NCBI GenBank assembly: GCA_028534125.1
Contig: CM052816.1
Location: forward strand, 44,518,001-44,582,000
Reading direction: 5' to 3'
DNA from: Lama glama
Taxonomy: Eukaryota
DNA length: 64,000 bases
Part shown: one piece after another, positions 52,292 through 64,000 of the stretch
Layout of the letters: each line of letters begins with the position of its first letter
Numbering within the stretch: the stretch's first letter is position 1
The notes under the pieces: generated by a model
Seen by the model: the letters and a program-made list of their open reading frames with translations, nothing else
What the model was told of the DNA's origin: nothing
Database searches by the model: none
Position numbers and translations under genes: made by a program

Positions 52292-52683
52292 TGTATTGAT
52301 TTGCCAGGGCTGCCAAAACAAGTATCACGGACTAGGCGGCTTAAACACCAGAAATTCACTGACTTACGGTTTTAGAAGCGAGAAAGTCCAAGATTCAGAG
52401 GTCTACGGAGTCAGCGTCTTCTGCGGTCTCTCCTTGCCCAGCGGATGGCTGCCTTCCCTGCCTTCCCTGCCTTCCCTGCAGCGTCCTCTCGTGGTCTTCT
52501 CTGTGCGCACGTGCTTCCTAATTGCCGTCCTTATAAGGGCACCAGTCACGTGGCCACGGGCTCACCATGTGATCTCATTTTAGCTTAGTTATCCCTTTAG
52601 AGGCCTTATTTCCAAATATAGTCACCTTGTGAAAGGTTTATTCAACATATGAACTTTGGTGAGACACAATTCAGCCCGTAAGA
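52292..52683 (-). mobile_element. MLT1 solo LTR, unusually CpG-rich
   Basis: MaLR antisense ends 'tgtattgatttgccagggctgccaaaacaagtatcacggactaggcggcttaaacaccagaaatt' and 'ccttatttccaaatatagtcac...gacacaattcagccc'. Confidence 0.9.
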
Positions 52684-52774
52684 ATGCCTTCAAAATTTCA
52701 TTATTTACTTTTTTCTAACTTGACTCGTTAAAAATATTTGCACTGATTATTATGGTCAGTGTTACAAACATCTC

Positions 52775-52956
52775 AATAGTGGTTGCCAAACTGAAGTGAT
52801 TGTCACAATCACCTGGGAGCTTGTTAAATCACAGATCACGGACCTCAACCTGAGTTTCTGATTCAAGATATCTGGGAAGGAGCCTGAAAATTGGCAACCC
52901 TGATCAGTTCCCAGGTGCTGCTGATACTGTCAGGAGCTACATTTTGAGAACCAGGG
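52775..52956. mobile_element. MER5A DNA transposon
   Basis: 'aatcacctgggagcttgttaaatcacagat...gagtttctgattca...ttcccaggtgctgctgat...acattttgagaacca'. Confidence 0.88.
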
Positions 52957-53342
52957 ATCTAGTACCAAGTTTTCAGAACCATTTTTGTAGCATTAGTATC
53001 CCACAAGATGTTAATGGGAACTTTTACAGACAAGTGACCAATAATCAAATCATTTTGGGCTATGCTACGTATGCAAGTATCCTCTTAAAGATTTTAACAT
53101 ATTATTAGCTTATTAAACACACGTATCTACTGCATTATAATTTCTAAAAATGTCCTCAATAAGAGAAAATAATTTAACTCTGTTAATTTTCTAAATGAAT
53201 TTGTCTATGTAACTCCAGTTTTCAAACAAAAACTTCTAACATATCATACATCTTTGGAAACATAGGTTTAACATCTTCAGTTGTCTCATTTCAAACCGAC
53301 ATTTCCCAAGCTGTGTTCCATGGAAAGCCACCAGGTATTTTA

Positions 53343-53578
53343 AATTTTTTTTTTAAGCTACATGCATGAATTTTTTAGGGTTTTCTTTTTTAGGGGGAGA
53401 TAATTAGGGGTATTTTAATTTGTATTTTTTAAATTTTATTTTTATTTATTTTTTGTTTTGTTCTGTTTTTGGTGTGGGAGGTAATCAGGTTTGTTTTTAG
53501 AGGTGGTACTGGGATTGAACCCAGGACCCTGCGCACGCTAAGCATGCGCTCTGCCACCTGAGCTGTACCCTCCCTCCA
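53343..53578 (-). mobile_element. tRNA-derived camelid SINE (vic-1-like) with 15-bp TSD
   Basis: Minus strand 'gggagggtacagctcaggtggcagagcgcatgcttagcgtgcgcagggtcctgggttcaatcccagtacc'; TSD CCACCAGGTATTTTA at 53328-53342 and 53579-53593. Confidence 0.93.
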
Positions 53579-54254
53579 CCACCAGGTATTTTATGGAAGT
53601 GCTAACAGGTGTTTCAGAGATGAACGAAAGGTCTTCCCAAGTTTGGAAAATTTCTTCAGTAAAAAAAGCCTTGCCATTTTACTTTATTTGATCTCGAATA
53701 TTACAAACTCACTTGAACAAAGAATATATTTTATCATTCAAACCTGTGTTTCATGAAACACGATCAATACCCTGCAACTGAGCTATATAATCACCTTATT
53801 GAACTATAACTAAACAAATTTCCCAACTCAGACATTTCCTTTATGTTCATTTCCATAATTAAATCTGCAAAGACTTTTTTTGGAAAGACTAGGAATATAT
53901 ATACATATATTCAATGGAATTCTATTCCATTATTAATATCTAACACAAACACACGCAGACACACACACCAGCTCCTCTACCATCATCCCCTAATTGTGCT
54001 TGTATCCCAGAAATTTGTAATCAGTAAATTAAAAAGGTAGATAATCAGTGTGGGTTGGAACAGTTGTAGTGTTGCCACATGGAAAAGAACTAGAAAATGC
54101 ATTCAGCAATCAACTGCATACCAAATGCAGGCCCTTTTTGTTTAGAAATTTTCACAAATAAAAAGTGTGTTCTTGCGCTCTTTTTTTTCCTACACAGATC
54201 CTTTTCTCCAATCCTAAAGTAGAGAGTGTTAAAGGAGGCAGAAATGAATAGAAC

Positions 54255-54385
54255 TAATTGAGCAACAATTATGTTTTGTAAGAAATATGTTGGTTATTTT
54301 ACATACGTTATTGCAGTGGATCCTCTTAGTCTTGGATATGGATACTGTCATTTTCATTTTACAGAGGAGAAAACTAAAGCTCGTA
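54255..54385 (-). mobile_element. MIR fragment
   Basis: 'tcattttacagaggagaaaactaaagctc'. Confidence 0.7.
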
Positions 54386-56439
54386 AATGCAAATTAGGTG
54401 CACTAAAATTAAGGGATGATAAAGATATTGCCTCTGGTATCAACGCATTCAAATCTTGTGAACCAAGACTATTCAAGAATTTAAATAATAATGTATTAAA
54501 AATTATGTTCTAGATTCAAGCCCATAGATGAGGCAACAAGGAAGGTGGGAAGAAATACTAAACAGTGCCATGGATCTCATTCTAGAAAAAAATTTTTAAA
54601 AGCATTTAAGAGTAAAACCATAAAGCATTTGTAAAGGTAAAATGAGTTAGTACAGACAGCCTGACTGATATTAATTGCCAAATATGCTCTTTATTATACT
54701 TTATCAGGGATATAAGATGTGAGAAATAATATGATAGCATTATTTTAGATTTTTATATAAAATTTATACTTAGAAGTATAAACCAAATGAATTCTGATAA
54801 AACCAGATAATTCCACTGAAGTGTGAAACTCATAAAGAGTAAATGGTGAGTCATGATCATAAGTGGATGCATTAGGAAGCATATCTGGGTATTTTTAAGT
54901 AATGCTGAGTAGCTATGATTTGAAATCTGTTTTCTCCATTTTTAGACACTTCTCTTGAAGAGTTTCTTTTTTTAAGCGATGTTACTCCAGAGAAGGACTA
55001 ACGATCATTACCAATGAGGAGAAAAATCCAAAGAAAAATTATTTGAAGATAGCTAATAATTTTTTTAAATACAGCAACCTACTAAGGGAGAAGAGTAGAA
55101 CCTCATTGTTCACTTACCATTAAAAGCCCCACTATGAGCCATGTGGGTGCAACTGACCAGAAGATGAATCATTCCTTCCATCCTTAAGCTTTCACTCTGT
55201 AGTAGGGAAGGTGTGACCTATTCACAAAGAGTTACAATGTTAAGTTTCAAAAGGAATGGAGGTTCATATTTTTCCCTCAAAATCAAGCAAAACATCAGGA
55301 AAAGAAAGTGGAATTACAGTTGGGCTTTGACATAGACGAAGATGAAGGAAGAGAGACGTCAGACTGAAGGACCAGCATAGCCAATTGCACAGAGCAGAGT
55401 GTTACTTAGAGTTTAAAATATAATTGCATAGGAGCGCCAGAGGAACCTGCTTTGAACATACTTCAAGTCAACTTGGACAACTCCAAACAAAGCAGCTAAA
55501 GCAGAAAACCTGATTAACCTTGTCCCTTAACCTCTGTATTTTAATCTTTTTAAAATCAGTTTGACTTGTATTTAAATGAGAATGGAGTGAAAGTATGAGT
55601 TACTAACCTTTAGCATTAACAGTCTAAGGATTAAGGTATATATCAAGTTTGCATAGAATGATTTGTATATTATTATTAATGACAAATATTATTTCATTTG
55701 ATCTAAGGTATTTATAAATTATAATTACGGTTTGTTGTCTATAATAATGAGAAAAAATTGAATTAAGCAGCAGGGAGAACACTAAGAATTCTGTTCCATT
55801 ATTAATATCTAATCATCTTTTATTGACTACTTTGATTGCAAACACTTGAACTTTTCTTTAAACTAGGCCATTTCTTTTCAGGTAGTGTGTCATTTTGACA
55901 GACACTGAGAAGTTTTACATGTTACTGCTCTGATGCTTACACTGTGGAATTAGGGATGATTATCAAGACCAATAGAAAGTTAAAATCAAAGGATTTTCAC
56001 TTCATTTTGAAAATCTGAAGAGTGTCATGGGTCCTCATTATATTGTAGGAACTTGTTTTGCACTAGTTTTTAAAAAACAAAAATGGAACACATTATTATT
56101 ATGAATAACACTCTGAACAGAGATTTATTTAAAACGTATAAAATAGCATGGGAATGGAATTTGCATACATAAAATAAAATGACTGCAGACTACATAAAAA
56201 TGTGACAACACAAGTACCCAAATATCAGAGTACCCAAAAGTGCAGCTGTCTTCTCTGCTTCTTCAGCCTTTGCAAACCTGTGTGCGAGAAACTGAGTGAA
56301 ATTATCTTAATAGAGTGATTATCATTTATATAATCACATATAAGTAAAACCTTTCAATAAATAAGTTCCAAACCTAGCATCCTACCATATTACAGAATTT
56401 TCATAAGGGTAGTCTCAAGAATCCTTGATGATGATTTTA

Positions 56440-56465
56440 TACACACACACACTCACACACACACA
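56440..56465. repeat. (CA)n microsatellite
   Basis: Directly visible. Confidence 0.9.
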
Positions 56466-56527
56466 TTTACATATACCCTGTGTTCTCATCTATCTTCGAA
56501 TTTCTCCTCTTCCACAGCCAAGGGTAA

Positions 56528-56966
56528 TACATTAGTTTTCTGTTACTCTTATAATAAAGTACCACAAACTGATGGCTAAACACAGCAAACAAGATAAATT
56601 TATTACATTAACATTCTGGAGGTCACAAGTCCAAAGTGGGCTTCAATTTATCTAAAATCCAGGTGTTAGCCCCACATTTCCTTGCTTTTTACAGCTTCCA
56701 GAGCCTTCCTGCATTCCTTAACTCTCAGTCCCTTTCCATCATGAAAGCCAACAACTGCATCACTCTGACTTCTGCTCCCATCACTACATCGCCCTCTCTG
56801 ACGATCCCACGTTTCTCCCTTATAAAGACCCTGGGAGTAGAGTGGACTTACCCAGAGAATTCAGGATAATCGCCCCATCTCAAAATTCTTAATGGAATCA
56901 CATCTGCAGTGCATAGTAACATACTCACAGGTGCTGGAGAAGAGGATCATTATTATACCCGCTACA
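56528..56966 (-). mobile_element. MLT1 solo LTR (MLT1C/D-like)
   Basis: 'attagttttctg...accacaaactgatggctaaa...ttctggaggtcacaagtcc...ggataatcgccccatctcaaaattcttaatggaatcacatctgca'. Confidence 0.88.
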
Positions 56967-56999
56967 GGTAATGCAGAGAGCTTGACCTTTCCTCCCTCT

Positions 57000-58065
57000 A
57001 TTTTCTTAACTCCTAATGTATTCCTTAAATGTCTTCAAATTGGGCTACTACCCCAACCACTGGTCTGATATTGTTCTTCTTCAGATCACAAAGAAATCCT
57101 GCTGCCTTATGTTCTCAGCAGGTTCTTACCTTCTCTGACTACTCTCTTTCACTTCTGTTTGTTGACTCCTCCCCCTTTCCTCAAACTCTTTCCTTGGGAC
57201 TTTCATGCTACTCTTTTCTTTTCCCCCCAAACTTTCCATTGTTCTTCCACAGTTTTCTTCATGAACTCCTCTTCGTTCTTTCTCTCAATACTGCCTGTTG
57301 TCCTTGACCTTGTCCTAAATCTATCCGTTTTCATCAGTTCCCAATGATCTTTTCTATGTCTAAGTCTTCTACAGGGATTAGTCCCAAATCTCTGTCCTTC
57401 ATTTAGACCACTGTCCTGAACCGTAGAAACAAGCTGCTTGTCCTTTTGGATGGCTGAAGAGAGGATAATCATTTACTAGAGTCAAGCCAGACCTCCCTCT
57501 CTCTCTCCCCTAAAAGCAATATTCCTTTCCTAGTCACCAATCGAGAAAATGTGGGATCATTTTCAACATATCTCCCTTCTTTTAAACCTCAGGTGTAACC
57601 CTACCACATAAGCACTAAGTCCTCTTGTTTTAATTTCTTAATATTTCTTGAATCTAGTCCATCTTCTCAGTCACTGCCTAACTGCTGGTCATAATCACTT
57701 ACTGCATTTGCTGATTCCACATCCTTATAACTAGTCCTTTGTCTCCAGCCTTAGCTCCCAGTGATCCCAGCCTCCACACAGCTACCAAAACCATCTAATA
57801 TGCAACTATGACAAAGTCACAAAACTACTTAAAACCTTCAGTAACTGCAGCATAAAAGCATTAATTCTCTTTCCATCTCATTTTTATGATCCAGTTTCTT
57901 GGGCACATGGAGTGTTTGTTCCTCCATGCCTCCTTGCTGCACTGCCTTCAGTGCTTTTCCCTAACTACTTTTAACTCCACTTTCTGAAATGTTTTAAAAT
58001 TTAAATGAGGCAATATAAGAAAAATGCACAGCATAGTTTCTAGAATATAATAAACATTTAATGAA
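57000..58065 (-). mobile_element. Diverged L2 fragments
   Basis: Pyrimidine-rich L2 motifs ('cagcctccacacagctaccaaaaccatctaatatgcaactatgac'). Confidence 0.6.
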
Positions 58066-58549
58066 CATAAATCCCATTTTCTTCTTCTCTTATGAGAACT
58101 TCCCATATAACTTTCTCGATCACTGAATGTTATTGGTACAACCAGTTAAATTTTGATCTAGTGGCCATCTATTAGGGCCAATTCAGGATATTTCTCCTTC
58201 TTTGGATTTTATGAACAACATATTTCATTCCTAGGGATAGAGTGCCAATGAAACATTTTACCAACTACTTAAGAATAAAGTTCCAAACTGTCAACCTATC
58301 ACACTCCTTGACTAATCATTTAGCTTCCTCAACTTAAACATTTTTTTCTCTTTTTCTTTTAATTTCACCTAGATGATCTACAGTAGCACCACTGACATAT
58401 CATATAGCAATATCATACAAACGTGCTTATTATAAATCTATGTGAAAAGGAAATCTCTACTCACAAAAGTTTTCCACCATTTAAAAAAAAATGGTATTTT
58501 ACTCCTTCCTGGCTAACGTGTACTTTGGAATCTCAACAACCCACAGATT

Positions 58550-59150
58550 AAACTTCTCCTTCATCCCACTTCCCACCATTTCTCATCACATCCACCATCT
58601 CCAGCCTGGTTCATTTGCAGCCTACCATCTCTTCTCAGCTCAGCAACCAGAATGATCTTCTTATAATATAATTCAAATTCCACCATTCTTCTGCTTCCTA
58701 ACTCCCTCTGCATCAAAGTGTGGTTTTTATACAAGCCTGCCAGGATTGACAAGATCCAAGCTCTGGTGACTTCTCCTCCTTCTACTGTTGTTCTCACTCT
58801 CTTTGCTCCAGCCCCTCACCCTTCCTCAAACACGCCAGGCATCTGGGATGTCTCTTCGTCTGCCACCAGGATCATTTCCCCTCTTCCTGTAGGTGTTTGC
58901 TTGAGTGTCGCTTTTTCAATCATCCCTCCCTGACCACCCTATTAAAAGCTGACGCTCCATATTTTTCTTTCCTTCTTCACCTCTCTCCCTAACATTGACG
59001 TTTTAATTTTATTTTTAAATATGTCTCTGCCTTCTCCTTATTAGACTGAAGGACTACGAGAATAGGGGATTTTCTCATTTTTGTTCACTGTATCACTAGT
59101 AAGCACCCCAAAAGTGCCTGATACATAGGTGGTGTTTAGTAAGAATTTGG
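58550..59150 (-). mobile_element. L2 3' fragment
   Basis: 'ttagactgaaggactacgagaataggggattttctcatttttgttcactgtatc...agtgcctgatacataggtgg'. Confidence 0.85.
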
Positions 59151-62100
59151 GAAATAAAATTTCTGTGATAATTCTGTAGAGACTTAGTTTTCACTTTCAC
59201 TTGACATCAAGTTTTTCAATTTATTTTGGTATCCTGGTAGGCATGGGAAATTTATCAGGACAGCACAGATAAATCTAATGGGAAAGAAATAAGTTTCGTA
59301 CTTCATATCTTTGCCCAGAGCTGTTCTTCAGTGACATCGTACTGATAATAAAATCTGGGGATTCAGTACTTCAGTTTAAAAATAAAGTTAAAAGGCATCA
59401 GATCAGTTTCACGGGTGCATTAACATTTATGGGACAAATGCCCCTAACAGGAAGGGTATTTCATGCTCCTGGTCACACAAGAATGAACAAGGATTTTTCA
59501 GAGATCTTGGTAGTATATGAATTACAATATTTTGAGCCATTATGGTAGTAAAAACTTGCTACAGGGACTTCCCATAAAGGAAGTCCTGTACCATGTTACA
59601 GGTTTTAAGGCATTTAACAACTAATGTTATATCTGCACACAAAGAAAGAAAAAGATCTTTTTGGATATTAAATCTCTCTGTGAATATTCATAAGGCAAAA
59701 TATTTAACAATTTTTGCATGCATTCTTCTCTCTATAAAACTATTTTTTGGGTTATAAGACAGGATTTTTTGTGTATGTACTATGTCAAATACTTGCATAC
59801 TATCTCTAATATAGCTTCCATATAAGTTTCCCTGCAGTAGTCATTCTATATATTATTTGAAGGTCTCACTGAAATATATTATGTAGGTTAACTGCTGGCC
59901 AATCATAATTATTCATGCGTAACTTTTCTTCACAACTTAATGGTATATAATTTCATTTTCTAAAACCAAAGGATTCTAGGTAAACTAAGGTCCAAACAAA
60001 AAACAAAATGTAACCTCTACCGTTGAAAGTACTGTTAATTGGTAAAATGCAATTCTAGTTAACATCTCAATAGTTTTAGTTAGTAAAGAACCATATTCAA
60101 ATGAATTTGAGACCAAAAAAAAGTCATAATAATGATTACAGTGGCTTTTATATGTCACTTAAAAGGATATGGGGAATTTTTAGTTCTCTCATAAGAGAAA
60201 CAGAACATTAATTCTCTCCAGGCTGTCAAGAATCTATACAATTTCCCAAGTACAGCAGGTAAAACAACTCACATTTACTGGCCCTGCCTTGGAAAGCTTT
60301 CTTTCCCCCTAAATCTGTAGTTTAAACTAATTGCATGTAAGTAACATTCTTCAGTAAAAGTACAGTAACTATAAGACTATTTCTCTTGGGGACACACCTA
60401 AATGACTATAATGAAACATTTACAGAGGATTCTTTTATCACATTACCTTTATAAAATTAGCCAAATATCACCTAAAAGGCTTATTGAATTCAAGCCCCGA
60501 ATGCTGAAAAACTTAGTGTTAAATACCTTCATGGAAAAATTACAATAAATATTGTCCTGGTCCTATTTTCTTGACCCCAGAAATATAATTAGAATCAAGG
60601 AATAGAGTGTGGTTCAGTCAAGTTGGGTACTTTTAGATAATACAATATATTTTATGTGTTTATAATCCCATCTCCAGCTTTTTTTCCACAGCTGTACCAC
60701 TAGGGATTAAACAGGTTTAAGGATCATGAAGAGATATTCCTGTTACTTCAGGTCTTCACTCATCCAAATATGCAGTTCTTTGGATGTTGATAAGGGAGAC
60801 ATACAGATGTGCCAGAGATTATGTGGAGATACCACCTTGCAATAAGCAATCATTTCAAAATATTTACATTTTTGAAAAAATATAAATTTCATGAAAATCT
60901 AAGCAAAAAAAATTAGCAAATGATGTTGAATATAATTGTAGATTTGGAAAACACATTCTATTGATTACAGAGATTTGTTTTGTTTTGTTTAACTCTTTTT
61001 TTAATTGAAGTAAGATATTTTAAAAGCCATTTTACCTATGAAAATGACCATCAAGTTTATATATATATAATATGTATTTTAGAGAAAGAAAGAATATTTT
61101 ACTAGGTTATAGATAGTAACCTCAATTTCTTTTCATATCCAAAGAACAGACAGTTCTGAAATACCTTAGTAAATCAACAACATTCACCTTTTACTTGTAT
61201 TTTGATGCCATGTATCCAAGGGGAATCTGAGGGAAGAGGATTAAGCTGAACTCAACAGCACAGTTATTCATTACCTGACATGCCATGAAACAAGAAAATA
61301 AGAAAGTGCTAAAGAGCTCTGCCATCACTCTCTATCCACATTCCTTCTCCAGCTATCACAGCACAAGGGGGAGACAGCGGAAGCCAATGGAATCACATCT
61401 CATCAATGAGACCCTGGAAATACCCACAGTTTCTCTCCACATCCTGCTTGTGTGAGCCATGTTTCTCACTTACAACGTGGTATGAGTGAAATGTGCAGAA
61501 ATTCCTCAGTCTTTGCCTGGCACATATTCTTACACCTTACCCAACTCAAACCCTCAATTGTGACACTCTTCTTTAACCTATCTATTACTTCTTCCCTGAC
61601 GAATCTACAACTTCATGACTATCAAAAGAGGGAAGTTAAAAAGTAATAAATAATCTTTGTTGTGAAAGTAATTATAATTTAAACAGTCATATGAAGATAC
61701 ATTAAAATACAAGTGAGTATTATATGGGGTCTAGGTCCTACAGTAAGAAATAAAAGGCAAACTCCAACTGAGTATTTGGAGGGGAATCTAATAGGATCCC
61801 GCAGTGTAAAATGTGCAATAAAAATCTAAATGAGATGATGTTTGTCATTGCTTTAAAACATTCATAGAGGTGGCATTAGATAAATGTTCAGGGAATCATC
61901 TTTTATTAAATTATACAGAGGATTAGTCTAAATTTCAAATAGTTGGGCCAATTGCTTTTTAAGGATAAAAAACTGCAGTTCATTAAAATCCTGGAGTAGC
62001 TTCATAATAGTAACAGATAGAAGTCATGAATGTTAGTTGACATGACTGAAATCAAGACATCTTCACAGATATCCAGGAAAAGTATAGGTAACCCTTCAGA

Positions 62101-62414
62101 AAAAGATCACAAAATTGATGTCCATATGCATGTTTACTAAATGACTAGCCTCAGCTTTGTAAACTACAAATATCACAATTCTCAGATCTCGATATCAGAA
62201 GAACAAGAATTTTTCTGAATGCTTCTAATCTGTATTTTGATTAAGGTCTTACAGTGAATTTTGAAAGACTTTATTTAGACTATGTGTCGCCTTAATATAT
62301 GTTAATAAAACTGGATAGTTTTTAATGTGTTTAAAAAAATAGTAGTGTAGGGAAGTCAGCAGGTTAGTGCAGTAACCAGGGGCTACAAAAATATCAAAAC
62401 ACATTTACCACTCC

Positions 62415-62760
62415 CACCTCAAGGCCAGAAAGAGTAGGGAAGGACAATTACCGGAACCAGGTGAGATAGAAAGAGGTCTGTGGGGCACAGTCCCCTGGGT
62501 GGAGTTGTAATCTGTGATGGAGAGATGTGAACAGCCTCAGAACAAACCTGTGGGGAGGTATTCTGGTGGAATAAACACCTAGCCTCAATTTCTCCCATCC
62601 CTCCCATCCCCGCTGAACCCCACATGCCAAATCCAATAAGAAGCCAGAGGGCAAAGAACTCTGTTAATATAATCCACTCAAAACCATCACCCAGGGCACA
62701 GATCAAAGAGGAAAAAGACAGAGAGGATGAGCAGGAGCAAATGGAAGGTATCCAGCACAT
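62415..62760. mobile_element. LTR33-like ERVL LTR fragment
   Basis: 'gaagccagagggcaaagaactctgttaatataatccac...cccagggcacagatcaaagagg...gcaaatggaa' matches the recalled LTR33 pattern and explains the ORFs at 62419-62863. Confidence 0.65.
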
Positions 62761-63269
62761 GCCTTTAAAAACATATACCACTGCCTTTAATTCTACACAT
62801 ACAAACGTCCAAGAAGTGGGGCTGTTTGGACAAGGTGCATTCTCATTTGATTCCAAAGTTTAAAAAATTCAAAAGAAGTGCCTCAAAAATAATTAGCCAT
62901 AATAATGTGTCATATGATGATGAACAGTGGTATTTTCTTTGTGTGCTTATTAGTGTTTTGTCTTTCTCAGCTCTGTTAGGAGCCACACAAATTCCTGAAA
63001 ATATAAAGCATATAGAAAAATTTGTTCTGTGGCAAAGAGACTAAGCAATTAAGATTCTCTGAGCAAAATGCAATCAGGAAAACAGTGGTCTGAGAGAACA
63101 GACAATCTCCCAAGCTAGGAAGGATTTAATCAACGAACACGTTTTTTGGGGGAAAAAACACGTTGAATACATTCAATATATTTAGAACATAAGTAAAAAT
63201 AAACAAGAAGCGAGAAACTCTTTGAATAACAGATAATAAATATGAAGTATTGCACAGGTCTAAATCAGA

Positions 63270-63520
63270 CAATAATAATAGCTAATATTTATTGAGGACT
63301 TTTCAGGAGCCAGTCATATTCTGTGAGGCACATTTAATGTGTGCTCTCACTTAACACAATATTCCTAAGAAGCAGAGGATTATTTGTCCCATTTTACACA
63401 TAAGGAAACCAGTTTAAAGACTTAAAGTAGTTGTCCAGCCCACACAGCTAGCAAATCGTGCAGGTAGGAATTGAACTTGGCTTTGTCTGAGACTCATATC
63501 ATACTCACTTCATAACAATA
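63270..63520 (-). mobile_element. MIR SINE
   Basis: 'aataataatagctaatatttattgagg...cccattttacacataaggaaacc...cccacacagctagcaaat...ggaattgaact'. Confidence 0.9.
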
Positions 63521-63672
63521 TTATTGCATTATTATCCTTTAATTTTAAAAAAGTTAGGTCTATCATACTCAGGAAGGACAATATTCTCATGTGAAATGTA
63601 TCTAAACTATAAATATTTGGCATTTTAGAAACTGTAAGTTTGTCAGATCACATTTTAATTCTGGCAACTTAC

Positions 63673-63824
63673 GGTTTTCCTACCTTATTTAAATCTACAG
63701 TTAGCGTCATATTAGTGATGCCATTATTCAGATTAAAAGTGCAGATAATTTTTCTGTAAAACTTCTCTTCTTTTTCCACGGGACAGCAAGGATTATTTGT
63801 TGTTTCCTTGGTAGCAACTTTACG
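63673..63824 (-). other. Candidate 152-nt exon with one open frame (RKVATKETTNNPCCPVEKEEKFYRKIICTFNLNNGITNMTLTVDLNKVGKP)
   Basis: Acceptor cttttactgtcag|, donor ACC|GTAAGT, open in phase 0 to phase 2. Peptide not recognised. Confidence 0.35.
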
Positions 63825-64000
63825 CTGACAGTAAAAGCTGAGTAGGATTGCAGGCAAAATATATTGATTCTTTCAAAAAACAAGGGTCATATTTGTAAGA
63901 GCAGGGTTGACACAGAAATCAGAGAAAAAACATATAATGTGAAAATTTAGAAAATGTCTTAATTCTTATATCCTTCAAAAGGTGTCATGAGCTATTTAAG

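Noticed and set aside
62419..62856. Longest ORF in the track (145 aa)
   Set aside because: Overlaps an LTR33-like relic, starts at a non-ATG codon and has no recognisable domain.
1..64000. CRISPR arrays, operons, prokaryotic defence systems, rRNA, NUMT or non-retroviral endogenous viral elements
   Set aside because: The sequence is mammalian repeat-rich DNA; I saw no spaced repeat array, long ORF, or mitochondrial or viral similarity.

Overview
AT-rich, CpG-poor mammalian genomic DNA, very probably camelid (alpaca, llama or camel): it carries two tRNA-derived vic-1-like SINEs with clear target-site duplications (TSDs) and an artiodactyl-type L1 3' end. Much of the window is interspersed repeat: old L1 fragments, L2, MIR, MLT1/MaLR LTRs, an ERV1-type solo LTR with TSD, and MER5-like DNA transposons. 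No entry in the ORF track is a recognisable cellular protein; the few with homology are decayed L1 ORF1/ORF2. The unique sequence looks like a long intron or 5' region of a large gene, possibly on the minus strand. Support for that is a TATA/CCAAT/GATA promoter with a first-exon donor near 3.2-3.5 kb and several minus-strand exon candidates (63.7, 61.3, 35.07, 34.5-34.8, 27.1 and 20.9 kb). I could not identify the gene. I found no evidence of a novel biological system. The most notable items are the candidate promoter, a phase-compatible exon chain including a 16-nt microexon, AG|GT recursive-splice-like sites, an abnormally CpG-rich old MLT1 LTR, and rearranged L1 pieces. Repeat subfamily names come from recalled consensus sequences, and boundaries without TSDs are approximate.
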